A DNA stretch of 61,972 bases, filler included. It is 6 parts of 6 records of this genome, joined end to end, with 100 filler letters (N's around TTAATTAATTAA, not from the genome) between each part and the next. Parts side by side here need not be neighbours in the genome. Positions count along the whole stretch, not along the records: positions 6,382 to 26,215 come from SRR20825010_2595; 5 more parts are not named here. One strand, given 5' to 3'. Shown here piece after piece: positions 9,821 through 20,749 of the stretch; position 1 is the stretch's first letter; each line of letters opens with the position of its first letter. The notes under the pieces were generated by a model. It saw only the letters and a program-made list of their open reading frames with translations, ran no database searches and was not told the DNA's origin. A program made the translations under genes and the position numbers.

Positions 9821-10231
9821 ATGAATTCGTCGTCTCTTCCTTCTGATGATGCCGCGGAGAAGCAGCCTGGACCCGAGGACATGTCCAAATTTCGCGTGGC
9901 GAACCCACCTGATTCCGCCCAATTGACTCAATTTGTGACCACAATCAAGAACGCGGAACAGCAGGTCGGAGAGAATATCATTGAGGCGTTGAAGCATCCT
10001 GGAACCGTCGCGGTGCTGACCACGGCTGTTTTGGGACCCGATGGTCAACAGCGAGTGTTGTCGATGGCACTCGATGCTGACCGCATGAATCAGGTCCAAG
10101 AAATCCTGCAAACGTCGGTGGAAGAACGCGAAGACGAAGAACGTTGCTATGGTTTTCATTGCTTGGTGAAAACGAAGGCGGCAATGGAACAGCCAAGCGC
10201 CGACGAAGACGCATCGTCTCAAACGAATTGA
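9821..10231 (+). CDS. Hypothetical protein
   Basis: Co-oriented ORF, ATG 9821, C-terminal CYGFHC. Confidence 0.6.
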   Translation: MNSSSLPSDDAAEKQPGPEDMSKFRVANPPDSAQLTQFVTTIKNAEQQVGENIIEALKHPGTVAVLTTAVLGPDGQQRVLSMALDADRMNQVQEILQTSVEEREDEERCYGFHCLVKTKAAMEQPSADEDASSQTN

Positions 10232-10285
10232 TCCACTCCGAATTCTTTTGCATTTCACTCGTCCTCTCATCTTGCGTGATTCGTT

Positions 10286-11302
10286 TTGTATTCTCCTACT
10301 CAACATGTGACGCCCGCCGCGGAAGCGTTGACGGTGGCCCAAAATCCCAAGTCCACGTTGCCGGACGAGTTGCAGCTCCCGTGGCGTCATCTGCAAGAGG
10401 TGTCCACTCGGCTACGGCAAGTGATCCGCGGGAAGGACGATGTCATCGAAGCGGTCTTGATCGCCTTGCTCGCCGAAGGGTCCGTGTTGCTCGAAGACGT
10501 TCCCGGTGTTGGTAAGACAACGCTCGCGAAATCTGTTTCGCGTTTGATTGATCTGGAATATCAACGCATTCAGTGCACGCCCGATTTGTTGCCCGCGGAC
10601 ATTTTGGGTGGGCCGATCTACTTGCAGTCCAAAGGTGAGTTTGAATTCCGTCCGGGACCGGTGTTCTGCAATCTGTTGGTTGCCGATGAAGTCAACCGAG
10701 CCTCACCACGAACGCAAAGCGCACTGCTGGAGGCGATGGCGGAATCGCAAGTCACGATTGACGGTGAACGTTACGATCTGAAGCATCCGTTCATGGTGAT
10801 CGCGACTCAGAATCCGGCGGGATTCGAAGGCACGTTCCCGTTGCCCGAGTCACAGCTGGACCGGTTCTTGTTTCGTTTGTCGATGGATTATCCCGACACC
10901 GAAAGCGAGATCGATCTGTTGCTGGATCAATCCGAAGCGGAACCGGTTGCCGCTTTGCAACCTGTGATGCAGGCCGAAGAATTGACTTTGTTGCAAACCT
11001 GGGTGCGTCAAATTCGAACCGATCGAAAGGTTGCCGCTTACGTGGTCGCATTGGCCACAGCCACGCGACAAGATTCTCGTTTGCGGGTTGGATGCAGTCC
11101 GCGGGGCAGCAAAATGTTGATGCGAGCATCGCAGGCTCGCGCCGTGTTGATGGGCCGAGACTTTGTTTTGCCCGATGATGTTCAACAATTGGGAACGGCG
11201 GTGTTGGCTCACCGTGTGAGCACTCGCCACGGAACCGCGACGTCGAACGAGAGTCGCCAAATCGTCGCGTCCATCGTGGATCAAGTTCCGGTTCCAGTTT
11301 GA
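10286..11302 (+). CDS. MoxR family AAA+ ATPase
   Basis: EDVPGVGKT, RIQCTPDLLPAD, ADEVNRASPRTQSALLEAM, ATQNP, LPESQLDRF. Confidence 0.95.
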   Translation: MYSPTQHVTPAAEALTVAQNPKSTLPDELQLPWRHLQEVSTRLRQVIRGKDDVIEAVLIALLAEGSVLLEDVPGVGKTTLAKSVSRLIDLEYQRIQCTPDLLPADILGGPIYLQSKGEFEFRPGPVFCNLLVADEVNRASPRTQSALLEAMAESQVTIDGERYDLKHPFMVIATQNPAGFEGTFPLPESQLDRFLFRLSMDYPDTESEIDLLLDQSEAEPVAALQPVMQAEELTLLQTWVRQIRTDRKVAAYVVALATATRQDSRLRVGCSPRGSKMLMRASQARAVLMGRDFVLPDDVQQLGTAVLAHRVSTRHGTATSNESRQIVASIVDQVPVPV

Positions 11303-11312
11303 AAGACGACCA

Positions 11313-12644
11313 ATGAAACGGGACGCCTCCGCATCGCGAAAAACGCATTGGTCACGACGTCGCTTGGCTTTAAAAGCTCTTCGATGGTGCAACCCCATCG
11401 TGTGGTGGCTGGCGTTGCGGCGAAGCATGACTGGCGGCTCGGTGACGTTGTTGTTGATGGGCATCGTGTCGCTGAACATCGTTTGGGGGTATCCCTGGAT
11501 GGGCATGTTCGCCAGTTGCTTTGCAATGTTTGTGGTGGGTTGGATCGTCAACCGACTCATGTCGCCTCGTTTGAAAGTGACTTTGGACGTGCCATTGGCG
11601 GTGCGAGCCGGTGAAAGCTTTGTGGCTCGTATCTCATTGATCCACGAAGGTCGCTTGCCGGCAATGAGTCTCTGCGCGGGGCTGGATCACAGTCGCCGAA
11701 AGCATGGTCGACGCGATATCGAGATGCCGTTGGATGCGTCTGCGATGCAGTGGATTCCTGACATTGCTCCGGGAGCAACATCGACGATTGAGCAATCGTT
11801 GACGTTTCTCAGGCGAGGTGTGCATGAAATGCCTCCGGTCCGAGTTGAGTCGTTGTTTCCTTTTCACTTGTTCCGATCGACCCAGTGGCTCGACAGTGGC
11901 GAGTCGATGGTCATCACGCCGCGACGACTGGATTGGGACAGCGAAATGGCTTGGCAAATGATTCACGCGAGCCTGCGTGGATTGGCCGTTGGATTGTCGC
12001 AAGGTGACCACCAGCACTATGTCGGCAGCCGCGAATATCGCGCTGGCATGCCCGTGCGTCGGTGGGATTTCGCATCGTGGGCTCGCCTGGGCAAACCGAT
12101 CTTGCGAGAGTTCAATTCCGCGGCAAAGCAGACCGTCACGGTATTCATCGACACCACGCCCGTTGAATCGGATGTTGCGGTCGCGCCAATCTCACGATGG
12201 CGTCGATACACGGATGACGAAGACGCGTCGCTGGAGCGTTTGTTGTCGATCGCTTCAGCAGGACTGGAGACTCTGGTCGGAGCGAACGTGCAAGTGCGTT
12301 TGGTTGTCCCATGGCAGGCACCCTCGGTGATTCAAAGCCAAGAGCGGAATGGGAAGTTGCGTTCGGTGTTGTGCGAGGGAGCTTCCGACCCGACGCCATT
12401 GCTGATGGCGTTGGCCGAGGCTGAGCCGGTTGATGCTAGCATGGCACAAGACGTCTTGCATGCGATGCCGCAGGCGGGTGGCGCATTCCACGGGGTCGTG
12501 TTTTCGCGTCGCGAAAGAGAGGCGGCCGATCTGTCACATTTGCCGGATTTGATGTGGTTGAACATCAACGAGGATTCACGGGACGGCTTTGGTGGCACGG
12601 CCGTTTCGACGATCGATAACGACCCGGCGAAGGTGCTGGCATGA
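11313..12644 (+). CDS. DUF58 domain protein
   Basis: REYRAGMPVRRWDFASWARLGKPILREF; follows MoxR. Confidence 0.9.
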   Translation: MKRDASASRKTHWSRRRLALKALRWCNPIVWWLALRRSMTGGSVTLLLMGIVSLNIVWGYPWMGMFASCFAMFVVGWIVNRLMSPRLKVTLDVPLAVRAGESFVARISLIHEGRLPAMSLCAGLDHSRRKHGRRDIEMPLDASAMQWIPDIAPGATSTIEQSLTFLRRGVHEMPPVRVESLFPFHLFRSTQWLDSGESMVITPRRLDWDSEMAWQMIHASLRGLAVGLSQGDHQHYVGSREYRAGMPVRRWDFASWARLGKPILREFNSAAKQTVTVFIDTTPVESDVAVAPISRWRRYTDDEDASLERLLSIASAGLETLVGANVQVRLVVPWQAPSVIQSQERNGKLRSVLCEGASDPTPLLMALAEAEPVDASMAQDVLHAMPQAGGAFHGVVFSRREREAADLSHLPDLMWLNINEDSRDGFGGTAVSTIDNDPAKVLA

Positions 12645-14899
12645 CATCTTTGATGCACGAAGAACCGATGGAGTGGCGTGATTGGTTGTCGGATGATCGC
12701 GTTGTGCTGGGTGCGCTGACCATTGGTTTGGCTTGGTTCTTGGGCGGCACGTTTGTGACTTCGCCCGCATGTATCTTGGTCGCCACAATCAGCTTGGTTG
12801 TTGTGGTCTTTGTCCGCCTTCGTTGGCCGGAACCAATCTTGTCGAACGCCAGTTGGAAAATGCGAGCGGCTCGCGGTGGCGTGTTGTTTTTAGCAATGAT
12901 CGGTTCGATTCTGATTGTCTTTGCATGGCGTTTCTATCCCGCGTTGCAAGGCACGCCCAACGTGTTGTTGGTTGCGGTCGATTCGATTGGCCATGCGGCT
13001 TTCATGCTGATGTGCGTGTTGTGGATGCATTGGCCACGTCGTGGCCACGTCATGATGTTGGTGTTAGGGATGACCGTGGTGTTGATGTCGGTCGCTGGGG
13101 GCGGACTCAGTACAACCGTCACGGCACAATCCGCGTTGGGGTTGACCGTGTGCATCGGCTTTGTGTTGGCGACGCGGGCGATGAACAGTGGTTTGTCAAA
13201 GGAACAAGCAGCCGCAGGACCACATTCGTATGAGGAAACCCCCAAGCGAATTGGCGGGGCGCTGTATCGGTTCATGGCATTGTTCGCGATGTTAATCGCC
13301 GCGTCCGCAACCACCCATGCCACGATATGGTTCCTGCCGGATGTTCAAGCGGGCGTGATGGCCCAACTAAACGATCGTTTGGAAGCGACTTCGAGTCGAG
13401 GTTGGGGCGGAACGGATCGCTATGTCACCGGATCACGTTTGGGCAACGTTCGCGAGTCGATTCTTAGCGACCCAGCAGCAATCGCGTTGAAAGGTTTTGC
13501 CGAGACTAAACCTGGTTACCTTCGCGGGAATGTTTACGATTCCTACAGCAACGGACGTTGGCGAACGTCTCGCAAGTGGATCTTTCAATCACCTCCCGGC
13601 AGCGGTGTCCGGCGTGTTGCGGAAGCTCGCTTTCTGCGTCCCGATGGGGTTGCGACGATGTCGCTTCAAAACACGGACGATCATTTTCGACAACGTTATT
13701 CCATGCGAATTGGATCGGTTGAAGACGAAGTCGATCCATCGATCGAGTTGATGAACTGGAACGGTGTTGAGTCAACAGACATTGCCGGCGGACGCTTTGT
13801 CGGGACCGTTGAGATTCACGGTGAACCGAGCAAAGGACAAAAAGTGTTCTTGCCCGCGGCGACTCGGTGGATTGAGTTGGCGGGTGAAGGCGTCGGAATC
13901 ACGCCGCATGGATTGCTGGGGTACGGAGTGGATGTTCGTTGGCCTTGGGTGGCTGGAGTTCAAGAAAATCCTCCGGCCGAAGTGTTGGGTGAGGAGGATC
14001 GCGAAGCTTTGTTGCGTGTGGAATCTGAGTTTCAGTCGCAACTCAAAATGTTGACCGAAGGTTTGATGGATGGTGTGAAGACCAACGCCGAACGTGCGGA
14101 TCGGGTCGCTCAGTTCTTCAAACTGAACTACGAGTACTCACTTGATCCGATCACCGTTCCACCGAAGGTCGATCCGTTGACTCACTTCATTCAAAGTCGG
14201 CATCCGGCTCACTGCGAGTTGTTTGCCAGCGCGACCGCGTTGATGTTGCGGACGGTAGGTGTTCCAACTCGTTACGTGACGGGCTACGTCATGGACGAAC
14301 TGGACGATGCGGGGGAGGCGTATCTGGCTCGTAACCGAGACGCGCACGCTTGGGTCGAGTACTACGACGAGGACGCATCACGATGGTTGCCGGTCGAGTC
14401 GACGCCGGGGCGTTCTTATCTCTCCATGCAGCACCAGGAAGTGTCGCTGCCGGGTGCCGGTGGCGGCGGAAGCAATGAGCAAACCGAGGACGTTACACGA
14501 AGTTGGTTTGCTCCCATCTTGAGTTGGTGGGCGTCCATGCGAGCGACCGATACTCTGGTCACGTTGTTCCGTTGGTTGCAGGTGCCTTTGTTGATTTTCC
14601 TGGTCACGGTGTTGTGGCGACGAAACCGAACCAAGCCTGGTGACCAACGCAGTGTCCAGTTGGCTGCCGAACGTCGCCGGATGGACCGGCGCATTCGTCG
14701 GCTTGGTTGGGTGCGACGGCCGAGTGAAACCCTGCACACGTTTGCCAGCCGGTTGGAATTCGAAGCGATCGCAAGTCCAGCCGGGGAAGAGCTTTTGAAA
14801 GCCGCGAACTGGTATCGCGAACACGCGGTGGAGTGTTACCGCGGTGTTCCGATGACGACACCGCTCACTCGGCAGGACGTCTCAGTCGTTCAAACGTGA
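12641..14899 (+). CDS. TgpA-like membrane transglutaminase-domain protein (DUF3488)
   Basis: N-terminal TMs, YLRG, HCELFASA, PTRYVTGY, AHAWVEYY triad motifs. Confidence 0.9.
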   Translation: MTSLMHEEPMEWRDWLSDDRVVLGALTIGLAWFLGGTFVTSPACILVATISLVVVVFVRLRWPEPILSNASWKMRAARGGVLFLAMIGSILIVFAWRFYPALQGTPNVLLVAVDSIGHAAFMLMCVLWMHWPRRGHVMMLVLGMTVVLMSVAGGGLSTTVTAQSALGLTVCIGFVLATRAMNSGLSKEQAAAGPHSYEETPKRIGGALYRFMALFAMLIAASATTHATIWFLPDVQAGVMAQLNDRLEATSSRGWGGTDRYVTGSRLGNVRESILSDPAAIALKGFAETKPGYLRGNVYDSYSNGRWRTSRKWIFQSPPGSGVRRVAEARFLRPDGVATMSLQNTDDHFRQRYSMRIGSVEDEVDPSIELMNWNGVESTDIAGGRFVGTVEIHGEPSKGQKVFLPAATRWIELAGEGVGITPHGLLGYGVDVRWPWVAGVQENPPAEVLGEEDREALLRVESEFQSQLKMLTEGLMDGVKTNAERADRVAQFFKLNYEYSLDPITVPPKVDPLTHFIQSRHPAHCELFASATALMLRTVGVPTRYVTGYVMDELDDAGEAYLARNRDAHAWVEYYDEDASRWLPVESTPGRSYLSMQHQEVSLPGAGGGGSNEQTEDVTRSWFAPILSWWASMRATDTLVTLFRWLQVPLLIFLVTVLWRRNRTKPGDQRSVQLAAERRRMDRRIRRLGWVRRPSETLHTFASRLEFEAIASPAGEELLKAANWYREHAVECYRGVPMTTPLTRQDVSVVQT

Positions 14900-15269
14900 A
14901 CAAGCCTGAGGAATGCCCGTCGCTGAAGCCGATGTTGTACGCATAGGTTCCCACCGGACGCATCGATTCAATGGTCAGCGGACGAGCTTCCGCCGCGCTC
15001 AAGACGGGCAACCCCAGCGATTGCGGAGGTTTGTTGCCGCTTGCCGCGTCAGAATTCTTATCCGTCAACGTCACCGCTTCGTGCCCGCCAGTTTCGCCTC
15101 GTTTTTCGCGACAGGTCGCACATGGGCAAGCGTCGCGCAGTTCCCGAGCGGTCCAGGATGACGATTGGCCATCGTTCCAAAGAATGCGGATCCCGCGTTC
15201 GCCTTCACGCTCTATCGCGGTGGGAGAATATTCGACCGGATCTTGAATGTTGCGTTTGGGAGCATTCAT
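14865..15269 (-). CDS. DUF971 (GBBH-like N-terminal) protein
   Basis: [30 protein letters not shown]. Confidence 0.88.
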   Translation of the reverse strand: MNAPKRNIQDPVEYSPTAIEREGERGIRILWNDGQSSSWTARELRDACPCATCREKRGETGGHEAVTLTDKNSDAASGNKPPQSLGLPVLSAAEARPLTIESMRPVGTYAYNIGFSDGHSSGLFTFERLRRPAE

Positions 15270-17281
15270 CGGGCACTGGCCTGCTGGTGAGACGTCTCTG
15301 AGTTTTGTGCTGCAAGTGCAGCTTGACCAGCATTCAATGTCTCGATGATTTTGTCCACGTCATAGGTGCATCCACCCCACGATCCACCACCGACTTGTTG
15401 AAGTGCCGCCCACAATCTCGTGTCGTCGGGGATGTTCTCATCTCGATCCAATCCTTCCGCAATCGGGCGGGTTTGCAAAGCTTCGATGGGATCGGTGCCG
15501 TCGATCGTGGCGACCAAGTCCACTCGTCCATCCAATGTGTTGCGATCGATGATGATCTCGACCGTGTCACCGTCACGCACTCGACCGATTGGACCGCCCG
15601 CGAGAGCTTCGGGGCCAACATGACCAACGCATGCACCCGTGCTGACGCCGGAGAACCTCGCGTCTGTGACGAGTGCGACATGCTTTCCGAACGACAAGTA
15701 CTTCAATGCGGATGTGATCTGGTAAGTCTCTTCCATTCCGCATCCAATCGGGCCACGGCCGATCAAGACAATCACATCCCCGGCTTCGATTGGTTTTTCC
15801 GATTGCCCCTTCACCGCCGCAATCGCATCGCTTTCTTTTGAGAAGACCCGGGCTCGTCCGCGTTTGCGATACACGCCATCCGCATCAATCACGGTTGGGT
15901 CAATCGAGGTGGCCTTGATGACCGAACCTTCCGGGCACAGGTTGCCTGATGGGAAGCAAACCGTGCTTGTCAGACCGCGTTCCTTGGCGATCGCAGGCGG
16001 CAAGATAACTTCATCTGGATCGACTCCGTCCGCGGCACGCAATCGTTCGCGGCAAACTTCGCGGCGTTCCGAGTTCTGCCATTTATCCAGCAATTCATTC
16101 CAAGTCATTCCGGCGACTGTTTTTTCGTCCGAGTTCCACAGGCCCGCTTCGCGAAGGTGCCAAGCGACTTCTGGGACCCCGCCGGCCAAAAACAGCCGAA
16201 CGGTTGGATGGCCGACGGGTCCATTGGGCAAACAATCCACAAACCGTGGAACGGATTGATTGATACGTCGGAAGTCATCCGCGGTTGGTCGTCGTCGTCC
16301 GGCGGCTGCCGCCACCGCGGGAATGTGTAGCAATAGGTTGGTGCTTCCGCCCACCGCTGCGTGCATCAACATTGCATTTTCAAACGCTTTGTCAGTCAGC
16401 ACATCATGGAGTGATAATCCGGAGGCATGCATCGCCGCGGCCGTCGCTGCTGCGTCACGAGCTAGTCGAGTCCAGATCGGTTGTCCGCTGGGAGCCAGTG
16501 CCGCATGAGGGACGGTCATCCCGAGGGCTTCCGCGATCACTTGGCTGGTGGCTGCTGTACCGAGAAACTGGCATCCTCCACCGGGAGTGCCGCAGGCTTT
16601 GCAACCTGCAACCGATGCTTCTTCCAGAGTCATTTCGCCGCGGCTATAGCGAGCCCCGATCGTTTGAACTTTGCCCGCGTCTTCGCCGACCGTTGGCGGC
16701 AATGTCACTCCGCCGGGAACCAAAACATTCGCGAGGTGACCAGTGCCGGCGAGAGCCATCATCATGGCGGGCAGCCCTTTGTCACACGTCGCGATGCCGA
16801 TCACCCCTTTGCGACGCGGAAGCGATCGGATCAGTCGTCGCATGACAATCGCGGCGTCGTTCCGGTACGGCAACGAGTCAAACATGCCGTGGGTGCCCTG
16901 CGTGCGACCATCGCACGGGTCGCTCACAAACGCGGCGAATGGAACTCCACCGTCGCGTTCAATTTGCTCGGCGGCGGCTTGTCCCAGCAGGCCGACTTCC
17001 CAGTGCCCGGTGTGGTAACCGAGAGCTTGCGGTGTGCCATCGGGGTTGCGCACTCCGCCCTGAGTGCTGAGGATCAAATACTGATCGCCGAGGACTCGAC
17101 GTGGATCGAATCCCATTCCGACACTTTGCGTGAGCCCAAACAGGTCACCGCTGGTCCAGGATCGAAGGATCTCGTCGGAAAGCGGAAGTTTGCCATCGGG
17201 CCCATCCGCTTTGGTTGCCAATGTCTCGGGGGCATCCAAAGCAGCAAAGTAATCTGAAGGGTCAATCACTACGTCGGCCAC
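15266..17281 (-). CDS. YjhG/YagF-type sugar-acid (D-xylonate) dehydratase, IlvD/Edd family
   Basis: [48 protein letters not shown]. Confidence 0.9.
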   Translation of the reverse strand: MADVVIDPSDYFAALDAPETLATKADGPDGKLPLSDEILRSWTSGDLFGLTQSVGMGFDPRRVLGDQYLILSTQGGVRNPDGTPQALGYHTGHWEVGLLGQAAAEQIERDGGVPFAAFVSDPCDGRTQGTHGMFDSLPYRNDAAIVMRRLIRSLPRRKGVIGIATCDKGLPAMMMALAGTGHLANVLVPGGVTLPPTVGEDAGKVQTIGARYSRGEMTLEEASVAGCKACGTPGGGCQFLGTAATSQVIAEALGMTVPHAALAPSGQPIWTRLARDAAATAAAMHASGLSLHDVLTDKAFENAMLMHAAVGGSTNLLLHIPAVAAAAGRRRPTADDFRRINQSVPRFVDCLPNGPVGHPTVRLFLAGGVPEVAWHLREAGLWNSDEKTVAGMTWNELLDKWQNSERREVCRERLRAADGVDPDEVILPPAIAKERGLTSTVCFPSGNLCPEGSVIKATSIDPTVIDADGVYRKRGRARVFSKESDAIAAVKGQSEKPIEAGDVIVLIGRGPIGCGMEETYQITSALKYLSFGKHVALVTDARFSGVSTGACVGHVGPEALAGGPIGRVRDGDTVEIIIDRNTLDGRVDLVATIDGTDPIEALQTRPIAEGLDRDENIPDDTRLWAALQQVGGGSWGGCTYDVDKIIETLNAGQAALAAQNSETSHQQASAR

Positions 17282-17936
17282 TGGTGAGAATCAGGAGGTA
17301 ATATGCCAGCGTCATGATCGATTGCAATGTCGCGGCAACGTAAGTCAACGCGGCAGCGTTCAGAACCTTTGCGACATACTGTTCTTCCTGCGCCGTGATC
17401 AAACCATACTCGACCAAGTGCTCTCGAGCACGACTGGATGCATTGAATTCCACCGGCAAATTGACGACTTGGAAAAACACCACAGCCGAGAACAGGATGA
17501 CCCCAATCCACATCAATGGTGCGAACGACATGATCGCACCAACGAAAAGTAGCGTCGCACCGATCCCACTGCCGAAATTCGCGGCCGGAACGGCAAAGTT
17601 GCGTACAACTAACGGAGCGTAGTGCTGCGCGTCCTGGAATGCGTGCCCGGCTTCGTGGCAAGCCACACCGAGTGCAGCCATCGAACGCCCTGAGTAAACG
17701 TCTTCGCTGAGTCGCAGCACTTTGGATCGCGGGTCGTAGTGGTCCGACAATTGACCAGCGATCCGTTCGATTCCAACGGATTGCAAGCCGGCACGGTCCA
17801 GCATGCGACGAGCGGCTTCGGCACCCGACATTCGTGCCGGCACCTCTGCCATCGCTGCGAACGACGATTTCACCTTCCACTGCGCATACAGGCCCAGCAA
17901 AAACGGAGGCAAAACAAAAAGGAAGTAGATACCCAT
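17262..17936 (-). CDS. YugP-like membrane zinc metallopeptidase
   Basis: [31 protein letters not shown]. Confidence 0.92.
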   Translation of the reverse strand: MGIYFLFVLPPFLLGLYAQWKVKSSFAAMAEVPARMSGAEAARRMLDRAGLQSVGIERIAGQLSDHYDPRSKVLRLSEDVYSGRSMAALGVACHEAGHAFQDAQHYAPLVVRNFAVPAANFGSGIGATLLFVGAIMSFAPLMWIGVILFSAVVFFQVVNLPVEFNASSRAREHLVEYGLITAQEEQYVAKVLNAAALTYVAATLQSIMTLAYYLLILTSGRRSD

Positions 17937-18152
17937 CGAAGGAATGTTCCCTAAAACATCGATAGCAAACGCGATCGGTCGTCCGGGTAGCCTTTCTGAA
18001 AAGGTCGCCAAACGCCGAGGATCAGCCGTTCTGACAGCCGAAAAGGTTCATTTTCAGCGGCAGATCGCCAATTGGGCAGGCACTCGCTGCGCCACAGCCT
18101 TCAATACGCAATTGCCGCACCAACGTTCGCGGCAATCCATTGTTTCAATTTG

Positions 18153-18605
18153 TCACGCGTACAGTTGGTAGAGCATCAGATAGACCAAAACGCCCGTGAC
18201 CGAAACGTACATCCAAATGGGATAGGCAATTCGGACCAGCTTTTTGTGAGCCACGATGCGACCGTTCTTGGCCAGGTAGATCGCTCGCAACGCAAGGAAC
18301 GGCACCGCGATGGCAAGCAGAATGTGTGGGATCAAGATCGACAAATACGTGTATCGAGCGGCATCGGGCGCGTCCGTCGGAAATCGACGGTTGAACTCAC
18401 CCGTCGATTGATACAACGCGAATTTATGGAACAGATAGCACAACAAGAACAAAATGCTGACGCCAAACGCACGCAGCATCATCTGTTTGTGAATCTTCGC
18501 TCGGCCATTCTTGATGTAGTACAAGCCAAGGGCGAGCAAGATCGTTGCGATCAAATTCAGAGCCGCGTTGAGGTGCGGCAAATTGGCCGCCAGAGTATCC
18601 CACAT
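18153..18605 (-). CDS. DUF420 membrane protein
   Basis: LPHLNAALN, HKQMM, WMYVSVTGV. Confidence 0.9.
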   Translation of the reverse strand: MWDTLAANLPHLNAALNLIATILLALGLYYIKNGRAKIHKQMMLRAFGVSILFLLCYLFHKFALYQSTGEFNRRFPTDAPDAARYTYLSILIPHILLAIAVPFLALRAIYLAKNGRIVAHKKLVRIAYPIWMYVSVTGVLVYLMLYQLYA

Positions 18606-18608
18606 GAA

Positions 18609-19304
18609 TCAAGACTTCTTCGAGGAGGCTTCTTCCTGGAGCATCGATTCGATGCTCTCTTTCAGTGCTTCCAGTTGACGTTTTTCAGGCCAGTTGTAGA
18701 AGCCCTCGATCTTTCCATCCGGATCGACCAAGACAAATCGCTCGGTGTGAAATTGTTTGTTGACGGGTTGCTGGAAAATCTCCGCACCGATTCGGCGGAT
18801 GTAGTTCAGCTCACCAGTCAAGAACAACCATTGGTCTGGATCGGCTCCAAATCGTGCGGCGTACTCGCGGAGGACCTCGGGGGTGTCGTTCTCAGGATCG
18901 ACCGAGATCGCGACGAAGCGAACGCCCTGCCCTTCGAACTCGTCCTGCAGTTCTTTCAGTTTTTGATTCTGAGACACACAAATGCTCGGGCAAGTGCTGA
19001 AGAAGAAACTGACCACATACGGTGCCCCCTTCAGATCGGCGGTCGAAACCATTTCGCCACTGCGTTCAAGCAACTCGAATTCGCTGAGCCATTCGGCATC
19101 TTCAGGTGGTTTGGACGGAGTGTCGTTGGCAACGTCCTCGGGGCGAAGCGTCGCGTTGTCCACCACCGCGTTGTCGTTGCCATAAATCACTTCGTCCGGC
19201 CCCGGGCCGTCGGAGGGAGCGGTCGAGTGACGCATTTGCCGACCGATCAGTCCAAGGGCAACCCCGGCAACGAGGATCAGTGCGACGTGAGTGACTATTT
19301 TCAT
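18609..19304 (-). CDS. SCO1/SenC copper chaperone
   Basis: FFSTCPSIC, ISVDPENDTP, WLFLTG, FHT. Confidence 0.92.
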   Translation of the reverse strand: MKIVTHVALILVAGVALGLIGRQMRHSTAPSDGPGPDEVIYGNDNAVVDNATLRPEDVANDTPSKPPEDAEWLSEFELLERSGEMVSTADLKGAPYVVSFFFSTCPSICVSQNQKLKELQDEFEGQGVRFVAISVDPENDTPEVLREYAARFGADPDQWLFLTGELNYIRRIGAEIFQQPVNKQFHTERFVLVDPDGKIEGFYNWPEKRQLEALKESIESMLQEEASSKKS

Positions 19305-19649
19305 GGCGAATTGCCCGGACAGGAGTTGGGTTTGCTCGTGAGTGCTTTCGAACCGAGCAGTCGATGATCGACGCTCTGCATTGTAGTGCCACACCGCAGA
19401 ATTCTTAACCGTCGTTTCCCATTTGCGGATGAGGAGGCGTGTACCGGTCAGTCAGATCGTACGATCCTCGGCACGCCACAGTTCCTCGAATCAGGGGGGT
19501 GAAATAACATCAAATCGCGTTTTGACCCCATCCGGTGGGCTAGTCTTCCGAGGTTGGAATTCGCCAGCCATTTTGTCGCAGTTGAAGACAAAGCTTCCAG
19601 GGAAGCCATTTGCCTGGAATCCACCGAAGAGCGTGTGCCCCACAATCTC

Positions 19650-20738
19650 ATGATTTCCACTTCCCGAACTTTTCCGTCTCTGCGTTTTTGTTGCTTTGCC
19701 TGCATCTCGATCTTGTGCTGCGCGAGCATCTGCATGGCGCACCTACCGAAATCTGCTGCGCCAGACATCGAAGCATCGGAACCGAACGTTCGCAAGAACG
19801 AGCAAGGTGGTGACGGCATTGATCAGCGAGTCGATGGGGAACGATTTGGCAGTGTCGCGAACGTGAAGAAACCTCCCGTGCTCGACACAGCATTCATCGA
19901 AAACAAATTGCCGAGTGGCACCGAGTACATCAGTAATGTCGTCTTCAAAGAAGTTGACGGGCTGGAGCTGAAGCTTGACTTGTTGTTGCCGGAGAAACGA
20001 ACCGACGCACACTTGCCGACCGCGGTGTGGATCCACGGCGGCGCGTGGACGCGAGGCAACAAGGCTCGCGACTTCCACCGTTTTGATCAGTTGGCGTCAC
20101 GAATATTGCAGGAAGGCGTGGCATTGGTGTCGATCGAGTATCGCCTGTCCGACCAAACCTCGTTTCCCGAGCCTGTTCTCGATTGCACCGACGCACTCGC
20201 CTTTTTAAGTCGCAATCGTGAAAAGTATGGTTTGGACACGGATCGCACGATTGTTCTCGGCAGTTCCGCCGGCGGTCACTTGGCGTCTTTGATCGGAACC
20301 AATCTCACCAGTGATCACACCCGGTTCATCAGCGATCCATCTCAGCCGATGGCCAAAATTCGAGGCGTTGTTGACTTTTACGGACCAACGGACTTGGTCA
20401 TGTTGCAGTCCAAACGCGGCGAAATCGACTTTCAAAACGATCCCTCACCTGAAGCTCGATTCCTAGGGCATTCACCGTTGATGCGTCCTGATCTCGCCCG
20501 GGCCGCTTCGCCGGTCACCTATGTCAGCGTGAACTCACCACCGTTCTTGATCTTTCACGGTGACCTGGACTCACGCGTGCCGATGATGCAGAGTATCTAC
20601 TTGGATTCCATGTTGAGGGTCAACGGTGTCGAGAGCCGGTTGGTCGAGGTTGAAGGGGCTCGTCATGGCGACGAGAAATTCGACGAAACGAATTACAATG
20701 ACATCGCCATTGAATTCATTCGATCGTTGCTTCAGTGA
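19650..20738 (+). CDS. Secreted alpha/beta hydrolase (BD-FAE/HSL-like esterase)
   Basis: IHGGAW, GSSAGG, HGDLD, ARHG; signal-like N-terminus. Confidence 0.88.
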   Translation: MISTSRTFPSLRFCCFACISILCCASICMAHLPKSAAPDIEASEPNVRKNEQGGDGIDQRVDGERFGSVANVKKPPVLDTAFIENKLPSGTEYISNVVFKEVDGLELKLDLLLPEKRTDAHLPTAVWIHGGAWTRGNKARDFHRFDQLASRILQEGVALVSIEYRLSDQTSFPEPVLDCTDALAFLSRNREKYGLDTDRTIVLGSSAGGHLASLIGTNLTSDHTRFISDPSQPMAKIRGVVDFYGPTDLVMLQSKRGEIDFQNDPSPEARFLGHSPLMRPDLARAASPVTYVSVNSPPFLIFHGDLDSRVPMMQSIYLDSMLRVNGVESRLVEVEGARHGDEKFDETNYNDIAIEFIRSLLQ

Positions 20739-20749
20739 GGACTCATTGG

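Noticed and set aside
10286-14899. MoxR-DUF58-transglutaminase as a novel system
   Set aside because: A well-known, widespread operon.
18072-19367. 431-aa plus-strand ORF
   Set aside because: Antisense shadow of DUF420 and SCO genes.
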